A stretch of DNA of 64,000 nt from a bacterium (GTDB taxonomy: Bacteria > Bdellovibrionota_C > UBA2361 > CALJRW01), in the NCBI GenBank assembly GCA_031385045.1, contig JANNBC010000025.1:54940-118939 (forward strand), read 5' to 3'. Below the pieces are notes generated by a model. That model was not told where the DNA came from. It was given only the letters and a program-made list of their open reading frames with translations, and searched no databases. Position 1 is the first letter of the stretch. Every line of letters begins with the position of its first letter. The translations under genes and the position numbers were made by a program. Positions 18,468-28,118 of this stretch are shown here, piece after piece.

Positions 18468-19859
18468 ATGATTGAAGTAACTCGCAAGAAAATTCTAGTG
18501 GTGGATGATGAGCAAATGATCCGCGACACACTTTGTCTGCTCTTAAAGAACAGTTTTGAAATTGAAACTTTGAGTTCTGGAGAGGAGCTACTAGGACAGA
18601 TTATTGAAATTAAACCTGATCTAGTCTTTCTAGATTTAATCCTACCAGGGATGGATGGCTTAGAAACTTTAAAAAAATTAAAAGCAATTGATAATCAAGT
18701 TCCAGTTGTTATGTTATCTGGAAGTAATACTGTTAAAAGTGCTGTCACTTCCATGAAGCTAGGCGCGATTGATTATGTCCATAAACCTTTTGATGTGGAA
18801 GAGTTAAGTGAATTAATTGCAAATATCTTTTTAATTAAATCCACAGAAAAATCCATCCCGGATCTTAGTAACTGTGAAAATGCCTCTTTGGGTTCATCAT
18901 TTAAAATTATCGGAGAGTCTCCCGCGATTCTTGCTGTTCTTGATAAAGTCAAATTAATTTCGAATCACAAGACTACGGCTTTAATTTCTGGAGAATCAGG
19001 CACTGGTAAAGAATTAATTGCTAGGCAAATCCATAATTTGAGCGCCCAATCTACCGCTCCATTTGTAGCTTTAAATTGCGCAGCTATTCCAGAAAATTTA
19101 ATCGAAGCTGAACTGTTTGGTTATGAAAAGGGGGCCTTCACCGGAGCCGATCAAGTAAAACTTGGATTGGTTGAGATGGCTGATCAGGGAACTCTTTTCT
19201 TAGATGAGATTGGAGAATTGCCTTTAGCTTTACAGGTGAAGCTACTTAGGTTTTTACAGGGGCAAGAATTTTTTCGCTTAGGATCTTCCAAGTCTCGAAA
19301 GGTTGATGTGCGGATTATTACTGCCACTAATCAGAATTTAGAAAAAATGGTTGAACAAGGTACATTTCGGCAGGATTTATTTTATCGCATTAATGTTGTT
19401 CATTTAGAATTACCTGCGCTTCGTACTCGAGGTAATGACTGGGAATTAATCGCTGATTATTTTCATGAAAAATTTGCTAAAAAATATCAAAAATCTGTAC
19501 TAAAGTTTTCAGCAGATTGCTGGCAGGTAATTGCAAATTATCCTTGGCCGGGCAATGTTCGTGAATTAGAGAATGTGATGGAAGGTGCTTATGCTCTTAG
19601 TAATAGTGCGGTAATCGAAGTTGAACATTTACCAGCAAGGATTAGACCACATCTTGCCAGTAATAAACTGAATACTTCTATTGAAGTTAGTTCCGATAAT
19701 TTAGATTTATTAGAGGCGGGGCAAGAGTTTGAAAAAACGATGATTGAAAAGGCTCTAAGCAAAACTAATAATGTCCAAACCAAAGCTGCTGATTTACTGG
19801 GGATTAGTCGTCGGATTCTAAAGTATAAAATGGATAAACTGGGAATTAAAGTATCATAG
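18468..19859 (+). CDS. sigma-54-dependent response regulator (NtrC/AtoC family)
   Basis: REC domain (VVDDE, D, KPF), GESGTGKE, GAFTGA, FRQDLFYR, WPGNVREL, Fis-type HTH. Confidence 0.93.
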   Translation: MIEVTRKKILVVDDEQMIRDTLCLLLKNSFEIETLSSGEELLGQIIEIKPDLVFLDLILPGMDGLETLKKLKAIDNQVPVVMLSGSNTVKSAVTSMKLGAIDYVHKPFDVEELSELIANIFLIKSTEKSIPDLSNCENASLGSSFKIIGESPAILAVLDKVKLISNHKTTALISGESGTGKELIARQIHNLSAQSTAPFVALNCAAIPENLIEAELFGYEKGAFTGADQVKLGLVEMADQGTLFLDEIGELPLALQVKLLRFLQGQEFFRLGSSKSRKVDVRIITATNQNLEKMVEQGTFRQDLFYRINVVHLELPALRTRGNDWELIADYFHEKFAKKYQKSVLKFSADCWQVIANYPWPGNVRELENVMEGAYALSNSAVIEVEHLPARIRPHLASNKLNTSIEVSSDNLDLLEAGQEFEKTMIEKALSKTNNVQTKAADLLGISRRILKYKMDKLGIKVS

Positions 19860-19872
19860 CGTCTTACTAAGC

Positions 19873-20175
19873 CTACTTAAACAAATCGTCTAGTTTTTTC
19901 AAGCTATCAGTTGATTGCTTAGATTCTAGGTTGCTATTAGTTTTAAATCGAAAAAACTCACAGCGATTACTTCGTTCTTTATCAGTAACTTTTTCGGCCT
20001 GATTTTCAGCACATTGATTGTTAAGAGTGAAGTCATAAAAGCGACAGTTTTTGCAGACATGAAGGTCTTGTCGGCATCCCAAACATGATTCTCGAAAGGA
20101 AATCTTTTGATTTTCAGTAACAGCAACTTGACGATTGCATTTGTAACATTGATAATCAATTGTCATATTATTCAT
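19873..20175 (-). CDS. Cys-rich putative Zn-binding hypothetical protein
   Basis: CYKC, CLGC..DLHVCKNCRFY, C..., N.CEFF. Confidence 0.7.
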   Translation of the reverse strand: MNNMTIDYQCYKCNRQVAVTENQKISFRESCLGCRQDLHVCKNCRFYDFTLNNQCAENQAEKVTDKERSNRCEFFRFKTNSNLESKQSTDSLKKLDDLFK

Positions 20176-20186
20176 AAAGCTAATTC

Positions 20187-21410
20187 ATGCAAATTAATAT
20201 CAAAACCTATCCTAACGGTCTTACACTGATTTATCAACAAGTTAAAGAAATAAGTTCTGCGGCTTATAATTTAAATTTTGGTACTGGAGTAATCGATGAC
20301 CCTGAATCTCGAGTCGGTGCAAGCTTAATCTTAAGTGAGCTTACTGGTCGTCAAGTTGCTAAGTATTCTCAACAAGAGCTATCTGACTTATTTGATGGCA
20401 ATGGTATTTCCCATGGAGAAAGTGCCAAATTAGAAAGGTTTCAGTTTCAGGGTAGTTGCCTTTCAGCAAAGTTGCCTGAAGCGCTTGAGTTACTCTACTT
20501 ACTGTTTGATCAGCCTGTTTTATCAGAAGAGAGTTTGCCAAAAGTTAAAGAATTATTAATCCAAGAAATACTGAGTTTACAGGATGAACCTTCTAAGTTG
20601 GTGGGGAGAGAATTTAATCAAAGATATTTTCCAGCACCTTATAACCGTTCTTTAATGGGTGAGCTTGCTGGAGTAACAGCTACTTCCATCTCTGATCTTG
20701 AGCAGGTTTATAAAAACCAATACCAATTATCCAATGCGCTGCTTTCAATTGTTGCTAATCTGGAATTATCAGAAATTGAATCAGCAATTCAGCCATTTAT
20801 TGCTAGAGTTAAGGTTGCTGATTTTCGAGCAGATCCAGCTTGGCCAGAATTTCCAGCACAGTTTCAAGATCACTTAGATTATGACTCTTCGCAAACTCAA
20901 ATCTTATTAGCCTATAAAGCTCCAAAGATTAGTTCCCTTGACTATTATCCAATGAGACTAGTTAATGGATTATTATCAGGTGGAATGTTCGGGCGTTTAT
21001 TTTTAGAAGTTAGAGAGAAGCGGGGACTTTGCTATAGCGTCTATTCTAGTTATACAGCTCATCCCGAGTATGGTCGACTAATTTGTTACTCGGGCACAAC
21101 GGCAGAACGTGCTAGGGCAACTTTAGATGTGATTCAAGAAGTTCTAACTAGTTTAGTAAATACAATAACTAACCAAGAGTTAGGTCGAGTTAAAACAGAT
21201 ATACTTTCCTCATTGGTAATTTCGCGAGAATCCTCACTTTCCAAAGCAATTAGCTATGCTAATGATTATGAAAACTTTAAATATATTCGTAGCCTGGATG
21301 AGATTAAAACTAAGATTACAGAGTTAAGTATTGATGATTTAAATCAATTTTTAGAAAAAAATCCTTTTGAAAATCCATCGATTCTTACTTTAGGAAAGAA
21401 TAAAATTTAA
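20187..21410 (+). CDS. M16 family peptidase, non-catalytic subunit
   Basis: M16 fold with RLFLEVREKRGLCY. HXXEH is absent. Confidence 0.85.
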   Translation: MQINIKTYPNGLTLIYQQVKEISSAAYNLNFGTGVIDDPESRVGASLILSELTGRQVAKYSQQELSDLFDGNGISHGESAKLERFQFQGSCLSAKLPEALELLYLLFDQPVLSEESLPKVKELLIQEILSLQDEPSKLVGREFNQRYFPAPYNRSLMGELAGVTATSISDLEQVYKNQYQLSNALLSIVANLELSEIESAIQPFIARVKVADFRADPAWPEFPAQFQDHLDYDSSQTQILLAYKAPKISSLDYYPMRLVNGLLSGGMFGRLFLEVREKRGLCYSVYSSYTAHPEYGRLICYSGTTAERARATLDVIQEVLTSLVNTITNQELGRVKTDILSSLVISRESSLSKAISYANDYENFKYIRSLDEIKTKITELSIDDLNQFLEKNPFENPSILTLGKNKI

Positions 21411-21437
21411 TATCGATCACTTTTAAAATAGTATTTT

Positions 21438-22664
21438 ATGAATATGAATTCTTTATTATCTCATAAGCTTCCCAATGGTTTGCAAATAGTTGGCGAGTAT
21501 TTACCATCGGCAAACTCTTGTTCTATTGGTGTGATGGTCAATACAGGCTCTCGTGATGAAACAGTCCTAGAAAGTGGGATTTCCCATTTTTTAGAGCATA
21601 TGCTTTTTAAGGGAACGTTTAAGCGATCAGCCAAAGAAGTGAATGATCGACTGGGAGAATTGGGAGCGCAGGCTAATGCCTATACTTCAGTGGAACACAC
21701 AACTTACTATGCAACGATTATTCCTGAGTTTCAGTCGGGCTACTTAGAATTGCTCTTAGATATGCTTCAACCAAAGCTAGATTCCGAAGAATTTGATATG
21801 GAGAAGAAAGTTATCCTGGAAGAGATTGCTCGCAAGAATGACGATCCTAGTTCTTATTTTTACATGGAAACGGTAGCGGATTATTTTGCTAGTCATCCAC
21901 TAGGCAACTCTGTCCTTGGATCTGTGGAATCTGTCTCGGCCATTACAGTGGAGCAGATGCGTGATTATTGGGAGCGTCGCTATCAGACTAAGAATATGGT
22001 TTTAAGTGTCGCAGGTAAGTTTGACTGGGAACAGTTTTGTCTAGACGCAGAAAAATTGACTAAAGATTGGAAGACTCGTGATACTAGCCGCAATTACCCA
22101 GAGCTTGTTTTTAATTCTGTGAAAAAAAACTTTCTTCGCGACAAGTTAAACATGACTCATTTGCTATTTGTGCTTCCTGGCCCATCTGCACAAGACACTG
22201 ATTATTATCCCGCAAATCTTTGGGCTAATATTATTGGTGATCAAACTGGATCTAAGATTTATTGGGATTTGCTTGAGCCCGGTATTGTAGAGTCATGCTA
22301 TCTTTGGGTTGATGCCAACGATCAAGCTGGATCTATTTTAGTTTATGCTTCTTGCGATCCTAAAAATATCGATCTTGTTAATGCCAAGCTTAAATCTTAT
22401 TTGACGGCAGAACTCAATTTTACTGAAAAAGAATTAGAGCGTTCCAAGACAAAACTTGCTAGTCGTTTGGCGATTTCTGCTGAAATGCCATACAACCGCA
22501 TGATTAACTTATCAGAGAACTTTTTATATCAAGGTCAAACTGAGACTATTCATCAGACAATAGCGAAGGTAAATGCTGTCGGCACTTCTGATATTCAGAA
22601 ATTTCTGGATGGTCGTGATTTCTCTACTTATGGTGAGTATCGATTGTTAGCGGAAGAGAATTAA
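21438..22664 (+). CDS. M16 family zinc peptidase, catalytic subunit
   Basis: GSRDE..GISHFLEHMLFKGT, NAYTS, EKKVILEE. Confidence 0.92.
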   Translation: MNMNSLLSHKLPNGLQIVGEYLPSANSCSIGVMVNTGSRDETVLESGISHFLEHMLFKGTFKRSAKEVNDRLGELGAQANAYTSVEHTTYYATIIPEFQSGYLELLLDMLQPKLDSEEFDMEKKVILEEIARKNDDPSSYFYMETVADYFASHPLGNSVLGSVESVSAITVEQMRDYWERRYQTKNMVLSVAGKFDWEQFCLDAEKLTKDWKTRDTSRNYPELVFNSVKKNFLRDKLNMTHLLFVLPGPSAQDTDYYPANLWANIIGDQTGSKIYWDLLEPGIVESCYLWVDANDQAGSILVYASCDPKNIDLVNAKLKSYLTAELNFTEKELERSKTKLASRLAISAEMPYNRMINLSENFLYQGQTETIHQTIAKVNAVGTSDIQKFLDGRDFSTYGEYRLLAEEN

Positions 22665-22704
22665 GGTTTTGGATTAATCTTTGTGGAAAGTAGCAGGGGA
22701 TGCC

Positions 22705-22726
22705 GTGAGTCAGTTAGCTGACTCAC
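22705..22726. terminator. hairpin between convergent genes, possible terminator
   Basis: gtgagtcag-ttag-ctgactcac; no clear U-tract. Confidence 0.4.
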
Positions 22727-22753
22727 AGTCTTCCTACTAACAGCTTAGGTATA

Positions 22754-23161
22754 CTAGTAACTCTCCTCGTCTTCTTCATCTTCAGACTCTTCATCTTCTT
22801 CTATGCTATCAAGATCTTCTAGATCTTCATCTAAGAGTAATTCATCATCTTCCTCGGGATCATCTTCTTCCGAGTGATCCTCTTCATCTACATCAAAAAC
22901 ATCAGGATCTATTTCTTGGATAGCTTCCATTAAATGAGCAATAACTGAAGCAATCTCTTCCGTGGAATAGTCTTCGCTATCAATTACACCTTCTAATGCG
23001 AGGCGAACCTCGTTAATGATTTCTGATTCGACTTCAGGGCTTTCTTCTTCTAGCTCTTCATCGTCCTCTGTGTGATCTTCTGCAATCTTTGATTGTAGCT
23101 CTTGGAATCCTTCCATTAGCATCGCTAACGCTTCCATGATTTTATCTACTGGTTTCGCCAT
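22754..23161 (-). CDS. extremely acidic hypothetical protein
   Basis: About 60 of 135 residues are D/E and only 4 are K/R; helical-looking core with acidic tail. Confidence 0.75.
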   Translation of the reverse strand: MAKPVDKIMEALAMLMEGFQELQSKIAEDHTEDDEELEEESPEVESEIINEVRLALEGVIDSEDYSTEEIASVIAHLMEAIQEIDPDVFDVDEEDHSEEDDPEEDDELLLDEDLEDLDSIEEDEESEDEEDEESY

Positions 23162-23512
23162 ACAATTATTTATTAAAAAGTTTAGTATTACTTAAGTGAT
23201 CTTATGCAATATTTTGAAATTAAAGAAAAGGGGAAAATTTAAATCCAATTAGCCTTACTGGGTAAGGTTATTTTCTAATCTATATTTATGTTTATCATAT
23301 TTAGGTTAGCAGTCTTAGTCGTTTTATACTAATCCTTGCTAGTGTGATGCTGAGTGTTAATCCTGAGCTTCAAGAAAGGCGCAATTAATAGTTATTTTGA
23401 CTTAGTTAGGGTAAAATTTATCTTAATTAAACAGATTTACCCTCTTTTTAAAACCCTTAAACTTAACTATATTAGATAGTAATTCCATAAAAGTTAAAAT
23501 ATGGAATCAAGT

Positions 23513-23543
23513 AGTCCTGTCATCTCAAGTTGATGACAGGACT
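23513..23543. repeat. perfect 12-bp-stem hairpin upstream of ftsK
   Basis: agtcctgtcatc-tcaagtt-gatgacaggact. Confidence 0.55.
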
Positions 23544-23576
23544 GTAAAGGTTTTTTAGCAGTTAAAAGGTAAGAAT

Positions 23577-26078
23577 ATGGCTAGTCGTAAAAAGGCAAAA
23601 GCTGAGGTTGTCATTCCTGAAAATAACAAAGGTTTTGGGGATTTTATCGCCATCGTTTTGTTTGCCACTGGCATCTTCTCCATGGTTTCGTTCCTTTCAC
23701 TTCAATATTACATTGCCACAATCCCCCTGGATTCTACATTACAACAGTCCTCAGAGAATAATTTAATGGGACCATTAGGGCACTACTTCTCCGTATTAAT
23801 TAATGGTGCTTTTGGTTGGTCGGCTCTTTTTTTTCCAATTAGTTGTTTTCTACTAGCAACATATAACGCTTTCTACCGTGATCAAGATTTTTCTTGGTAT
23901 TTTAAACCAAGTAGTATCTTCTCATTAATCCTAGCTGGATTGTTAGTAGCTGGTCTAAATTTTACTTATTTTCAAGATGTTGGCGGTGGTGAAATTGGGG
24001 CTTTGATTTCTAATCCATTAATTCGCTATTTTAATTTTGGAGGCGCGGTTCTTGTTCAGAGCAGTTTAGCTGTTCTGATTATTGCTCACCTTAGTCGCTT
24101 AACAATTGCTGAAATCTTAGGTTTTGGGACTAGATTATTTACAGTTGCCAGTAAATTTCTTTTTTGGGAGTTACCTAAGTATGCTTGTGAATTTATCGGA
24201 AGCATCTGGCAGGATTTTGTTAGCTACCGAGAAGAGCGCCGAGAGCTTGCTGTCGCTGGAAATTTTGCGATTGATATTGAAATTCCCGAGCCTAAAAAGA
24301 CACGTGCTCCTAAGAAGAATGAGTTCATTATTGAAAAACCAGTTACTGAGCCTAAAAAGGCTTCTCGTAAACAGATCGAAACTGAAATTGTAGAAGAAGA
24401 GGATGAGGAGTACGAAGAAGATACTAGAGAAGTCATTGTTCGCCGTCGAGATATTCAGGGAGTAAGTAAGCAACTGAAAAAAAGAAAGCGCCCAGTCTTT
24501 GATAGTTATTGTCCACCAGATTTTGATATCTTAACACCGGGGGATAGTTCTGGTGGAATGGAAGATGATCAATTGTTAATTCAGATGTCTGAGTTGATTG
24601 AAGAGAAACTTTCAGATTTTAATATTTTAGGAAAAGTAACTGAAGTTCATCCAGGGCCGGTGATTACCATGTTTGAGTTTGAACCTGCGGCTGGAGTTAA
24701 GGTAGGTAAGATTGCTTCCTTGCAGGACGATCTAGCAATGAGCTTAAAAGCTAGCGCTATTCGTATTATTGCTCCAATCCCCAATAAGGGGACTGTTGGA
24801 ATTGAAGTTCCTAATATTCATCGAGACATTGTTCGCCTCCGAGAAGTTTTTGAGTCACCTGATTTCTTACAAGAAGAGAAAGATTTAAGTATTGCACTTG
24901 GTAAAGATATTTATGGAGAGCCTGTCGTAGTTGACGTTGCTAGTATGCCACACTTATTACTTGCTGGAGCGACTGGGGCTGGTAAATCAGTTTGTATTAA
25001 TACTATTTTACTAAGTTTATTATTTCGTTCTTCGCCCGAAGACTTAGGCTTAATTTTAATTGATCCAAAAATCCTGGAGCTTAGTGTTTATGATGGAATT
25101 CCACATTTAAGAGCTCCGGTTGTAACAGTTCCAAAGCAAGCTAAGGCAGTCTTAGAGTGGGCTGTTAAAGAGATGAATAGCCGTTATCGAATGATGCAAA
25201 AACACGGCGTTCGTAATATTGATGGTTATAATCGGATGGTTCGTGGACTAGATGATCAAAATTCTTCTCCTAAGAAAAAAATCCCGGGAGTTATTAGCTT
25301 ACAAGCCGAGCAAGTGATCGCACTTGGGAATACCGATCTCGATCTTAATGATACGTCTAGCGAAGTTGCTGAAGTTTCTATTTCAGAAGAGCTCCAGACT
25401 CTTCCGAAGATTGTAATCGTAATTGATGAAATGGCTGATTTAATGTTATCAGTCGGTCGTGATATTGAAGATCTTGTGGCACGCTTAGCTCAGAAAGCTC
25501 GGGCCGCAGGGATTCATATGATTCTTGCGACTCAAAGACCTTCTGTTGATGTAATTACTGGTTTGATTAAAGCCAATTTCCCGGCTCGAATTTCTTTTCG
25601 TGTTACTAGCCGCATTGACTCTAGGACAATCTTAGATTCAATGGGCGCAGAAAGATTGCTAGGCAAGGGCGATATGTTAATGATGATGCCTGGGGCTCAC
25701 CATTTAAAAAGGGTTCATGGAGCTTTCGTTTCGGATCAAGAAGTAAATAATGTAATTGCTAAATTAAAAGAAGGTTCCAAGCCACAGTATGACGAAGAAA
25801 TCATGGACTATTGTGCTAGAGCAATGGAGGAAGATAAAAAGTCTGATGAGAAGGGGAATGAGTTAGACTATGATGAGCTGTATGATCAGGTTCTAGAATT
25901 TGTAGTCGAGAAGGGGCAAGCTTCTACCTCAATGATTCAACGTAATTACCGAATCGGTTATAACCGAGCAGCTAGGATTATGGACTCTTTAGAGCGGGAC
26001 GGTGTTATTGGACCAATGGATGGTGCTAAGCCTAGAGAGGTTTTGATGAAAATGGATGATGCTGGGTTTAGCCGCTAA
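23577..26078 (+). CDS. ftsK: DNA translocase FtsK
   Basis: N-terminal TM domain, PHLLLAGATGAGKS, IDEMADLM, ATQRPSVDVITG, gamma domain IGYNRAAR. Confidence 0.96.
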   Translation: MASRKKAKAEVVIPENNKGFGDFIAIVLFATGIFSMVSFLSLQYYIATIPLDSTLQQSSENNLMGPLGHYFSVLINGAFGWSALFFPISCFLLATYNAFYRDQDFSWYFKPSSIFSLILAGLLVAGLNFTYFQDVGGGEIGALISNPLIRYFNFGGAVLVQSSLAVLIIAHLSRLTIAEILGFGTRLFTVASKFLFWELPKYACEFIGSIWQDFVSYREERRELAVAGNFAIDIEIPEPKKTRAPKKNEFIIEKPVTEPKKASRKQIETEIVEEEDEEYEEDTREVIVRRRDIQGVSKQLKKRKRPVFDSYCPPDFDILTPGDSSGGMEDDQLLIQMSELIEEKLSDFNILGKVTEVHPGPVITMFEFEPAAGVKVGKIASLQDDLAMSLKASAIRIIAPIPNKGTVGIEVPNIHRDIVRLREVFESPDFLQEEKDLSIALGKDIYGEPVVVDVASMPHLLLAGATGAGKSVCINTILLSLLFRSSPEDLGLILIDPKILELSVYDGIPHLRAPVVTVPKQAKAVLEWAVKEMNSRYRMMQKHGVRNIDGYNRMVRGLDDQNSSPKKKIPGVISLQAEQVIALGNTDLDLNDTSSEVAEVSISEELQTLPKIVIVIDEMADLMLSVGRDIEDLVARLAQKARAAGIHMILATQRPSVDVITGLIKANFPARISFRVTSRIDSRTILDSMGAERLLGKGDMLMMMPGAHHLKRVHGAFVSDQEVNNVIAKLKEGSKPQYDEEIMDYCARAMEEDKKSDEKGNELDYDELYDQVLEFVVEKGQASTSMIQRNYRIGYNRAARIMDSLERDGVIGPMDGAKPREVLMKMDDAGFSR

Positions 26079-26293
26079 CTAGTTTTTAGATACACTCTTA
26101 AACGATGGGCGATAATCAGTGGATTGTTATACTCTGAACTTCACTAATTGAGATTTTAGTGCCAGTAGTAATCAAGCTGGCTTAGATTTGTTTCTAAAAG
26201 TCCTTTAAGTTCTTCTTGAATAATCTAATAAGTTAAGTTTACTATGTACAATTAGTATACCTCAAATAAATTCCTTTTAACATCAATTTTTCT

Positions 26294-26911
26294 ATGTTGA
26301 TTTATATTTTGAGTCTCATTGGAGTTTCGGTCTTTGCAGTAAGCGGAGCATTAGCAGCTGGTAATAAAAATTATGATTGGATTGGAGTTTTTGCAATTGC
26401 ATTTGTAACTGCTGTAGGTGGAGGAACCTTAAGAGACTTATTGCTTAACAGATCGGCAGTTTTTTGGGTGGCGGATCCTAACTATCTTTGGACTGTATTA
26501 ATATCAACAGTCTTAATTTTAATTTATGCCAAATATTTTCAGCCACCATTTAATCTTTTATTATCTGCTGATGCCTTTGGGTTGGCCTTATTCTCAATTT
26601 CTGGAGCACAAATCGCTGAACAATATTCTTCGGCTGGGATTGTTATTGTACTAATGGGAGTAATCACTGGAGCTGTCGGTGGTGTAATAAGGGATGTCTT
26701 AACTCAGGAAGCGCCACTTGTTTTTAGCCCCAAAGAAAATCTTTATTCATCAGCTGCTATGATCGGTATTATTTGTTATCTCTTTAGCAAAACTCTGGGA
26801 GTGGGTGGAACAACCGCGAGTTTAATTGGTATTGCTGTAATACTCTTGGTTCGTTTTTCGGCAATTATTTGGCAGATTCGTCTACCTGCTTTTAATCCAC
26901 GCAAATCATAA
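26294..26911 (+). CDS. UPF0126/TRIC family membrane protein (YadS-like)
   Basis: FAVSGA, TAVGGGTLRD, DAFGL, GGVIRD. Confidence 0.9.
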   Translation: MLIYILSLIGVSVFAVSGALAAGNKNYDWIGVFAIAFVTAVGGGTLRDLLLNRSAVFWVADPNYLWTVLISTVLILIYAKYFQPPFNLLLSADAFGLALFSISGAQIAEQYSSAGIVIVLMGVITGAVGGVIRDVLTQEAPLVFSPKENLYSSAAMIGIICYLFSKTLGVGGTTASLIGIAVILLVRFSAIIWQIRLPAFNPRKS

Positions 26912-26912
26912 G

Positions 26913-27421
26913 ATGAGATTAACTATAAAAATACTTGTTATTGCTATCGCCACCCTAGCAACTTCCTGTGGACCTACTTATCAAACTACCTACTCATATT
27001 CTCCACCTGAGGATGCTTTAGCGAGTATCTGTATTAATCAATGTGTAAGTATTCAACAACAGTGTGTCAGCGAGCAGGAACAACTTTATCAAAACTGTGA
27101 AAATAGAGCGGCTTTAAATTATAATAAACCCAGCGTCCTTCATTTTTGAAAAAAATGACGAGCGGAGGGTTAATTTGCAAATCATCCAAACGTTACGCTT
27201 ATAATTATTCTAAAAAGCGCTTGGATTGTGTAGCTAACTGTTATTGTTCAAAACCTTACTGCCCAAATGCGAATATTCAAGGTTGCACGCAAAGACATAA
27301 TTCATGCTACCTTAGTTGTGGAGGAGCGATAGTGTCAACAACTCAATGTAGCAGCAATTGTGATCAGGCCGAACTGCCCAAAACCGAAATTTTACGAGGT
27401 GCAAAAATTCCGAGTAAATAA
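26913..27421 (+). pseudogene. Cys-rich lipoprotein split by a frameshift (ORFs 26913-27149 and 27146-27421)
   Basis: Lipobox ATSC. The CxxxC pattern continues across both ORFs. The second frame is open from 27128, one base behind frame 1. Confidence 0.6.
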
Positions 27422-27503
27422 GTTAGGTACTAGGGGATATTGAAAATTACCGTCAAGCTTATTCCATGTAAATAAACTTTCCTGAATAATCTTCTAAAAA
27501 TTA

Positions 27504-27820
27504 AGTAATAAAGTGACAGGTAATTCCTGTTGACTGTGCTCTGATAAAATTTTGGATATCATCTAAGTTTAAGTTAGGCATTATATGTCGAACACGGAAT
27601 TGAATCTCTGATGAATTCCCTGTTGAAAAACCAATACAGGCATAGTGCTGCTCAGAGTTATATGCCACTCCAATTTTATCTAACTCTTCCTCTAAGCTTA
27701 AAGCGATTAAGGCATGCGATGAGTTATTAAATCTAATAATAACGACACCCTCTACCTGACTTACTAAAAATGCCTGTGTCTTATTTTCTAGATAAGGTCC
27801 GATAAATAGGAATACTTTTT
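27504..27820 (-). pseudogene. possible degraded gene remnant
   Basis: About 100-codon stop-to-stop frame (KVFLFIGPYLENK...GITCHFIT) with no early start codon, in a 0.6-kb gap. Confidence 0.25.
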
Positions 27821-28058
27821 AGTTTATCAACGATAGCTGTATTCTTAGCTTTTTCAGAAAACATATTCATATTTCGTCTCTAGTAATGCTCAAAGCTTTT
27901 GCCTGGATCTCAGCAAATCTTGATCGAAGCCTGCAAAAAATCGTCAATTTGAATCGGGCAATTTTGCAAGATAAAGCAATTCAAAATCATTAAAGTTAAA
28001 ATTGTAACATAGCATCAACTCAGTCAAATTACCGTTAAAGAGATCTTAAGATTTAGAT

Positions 28059-28098
28059 AAAAAAAATGCTCATAGTCCCGAAGAACTATGAGCATTTT
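28059..28098 (-). terminator. intrinsic terminator of the RRM gene
   Basis: Minus strand reads aaaatgctcatagtt-cttcgg-gactatgagcatttttttt (cUUCGg loop plus U-tract). Confidence 0.85.
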
Positions 28099-28118
28099 AT
28101 TAGTTAGTGGTAACTAGA

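Noticed and set aside
25240..25400. Extra segment in the FtsK motor domain as a possible intein
   Set aside because: It is short, lacks the Cys/Ser start and His-Asn end, and lies in a loop that is known to be variable in FtsK.
26100..26200. Small hairpins upstream of the TRIC gene as a riboswitch
   Set aside because: No glycine or fluoride riboswitch consensus recognised; the stems are short and plausible by chance.
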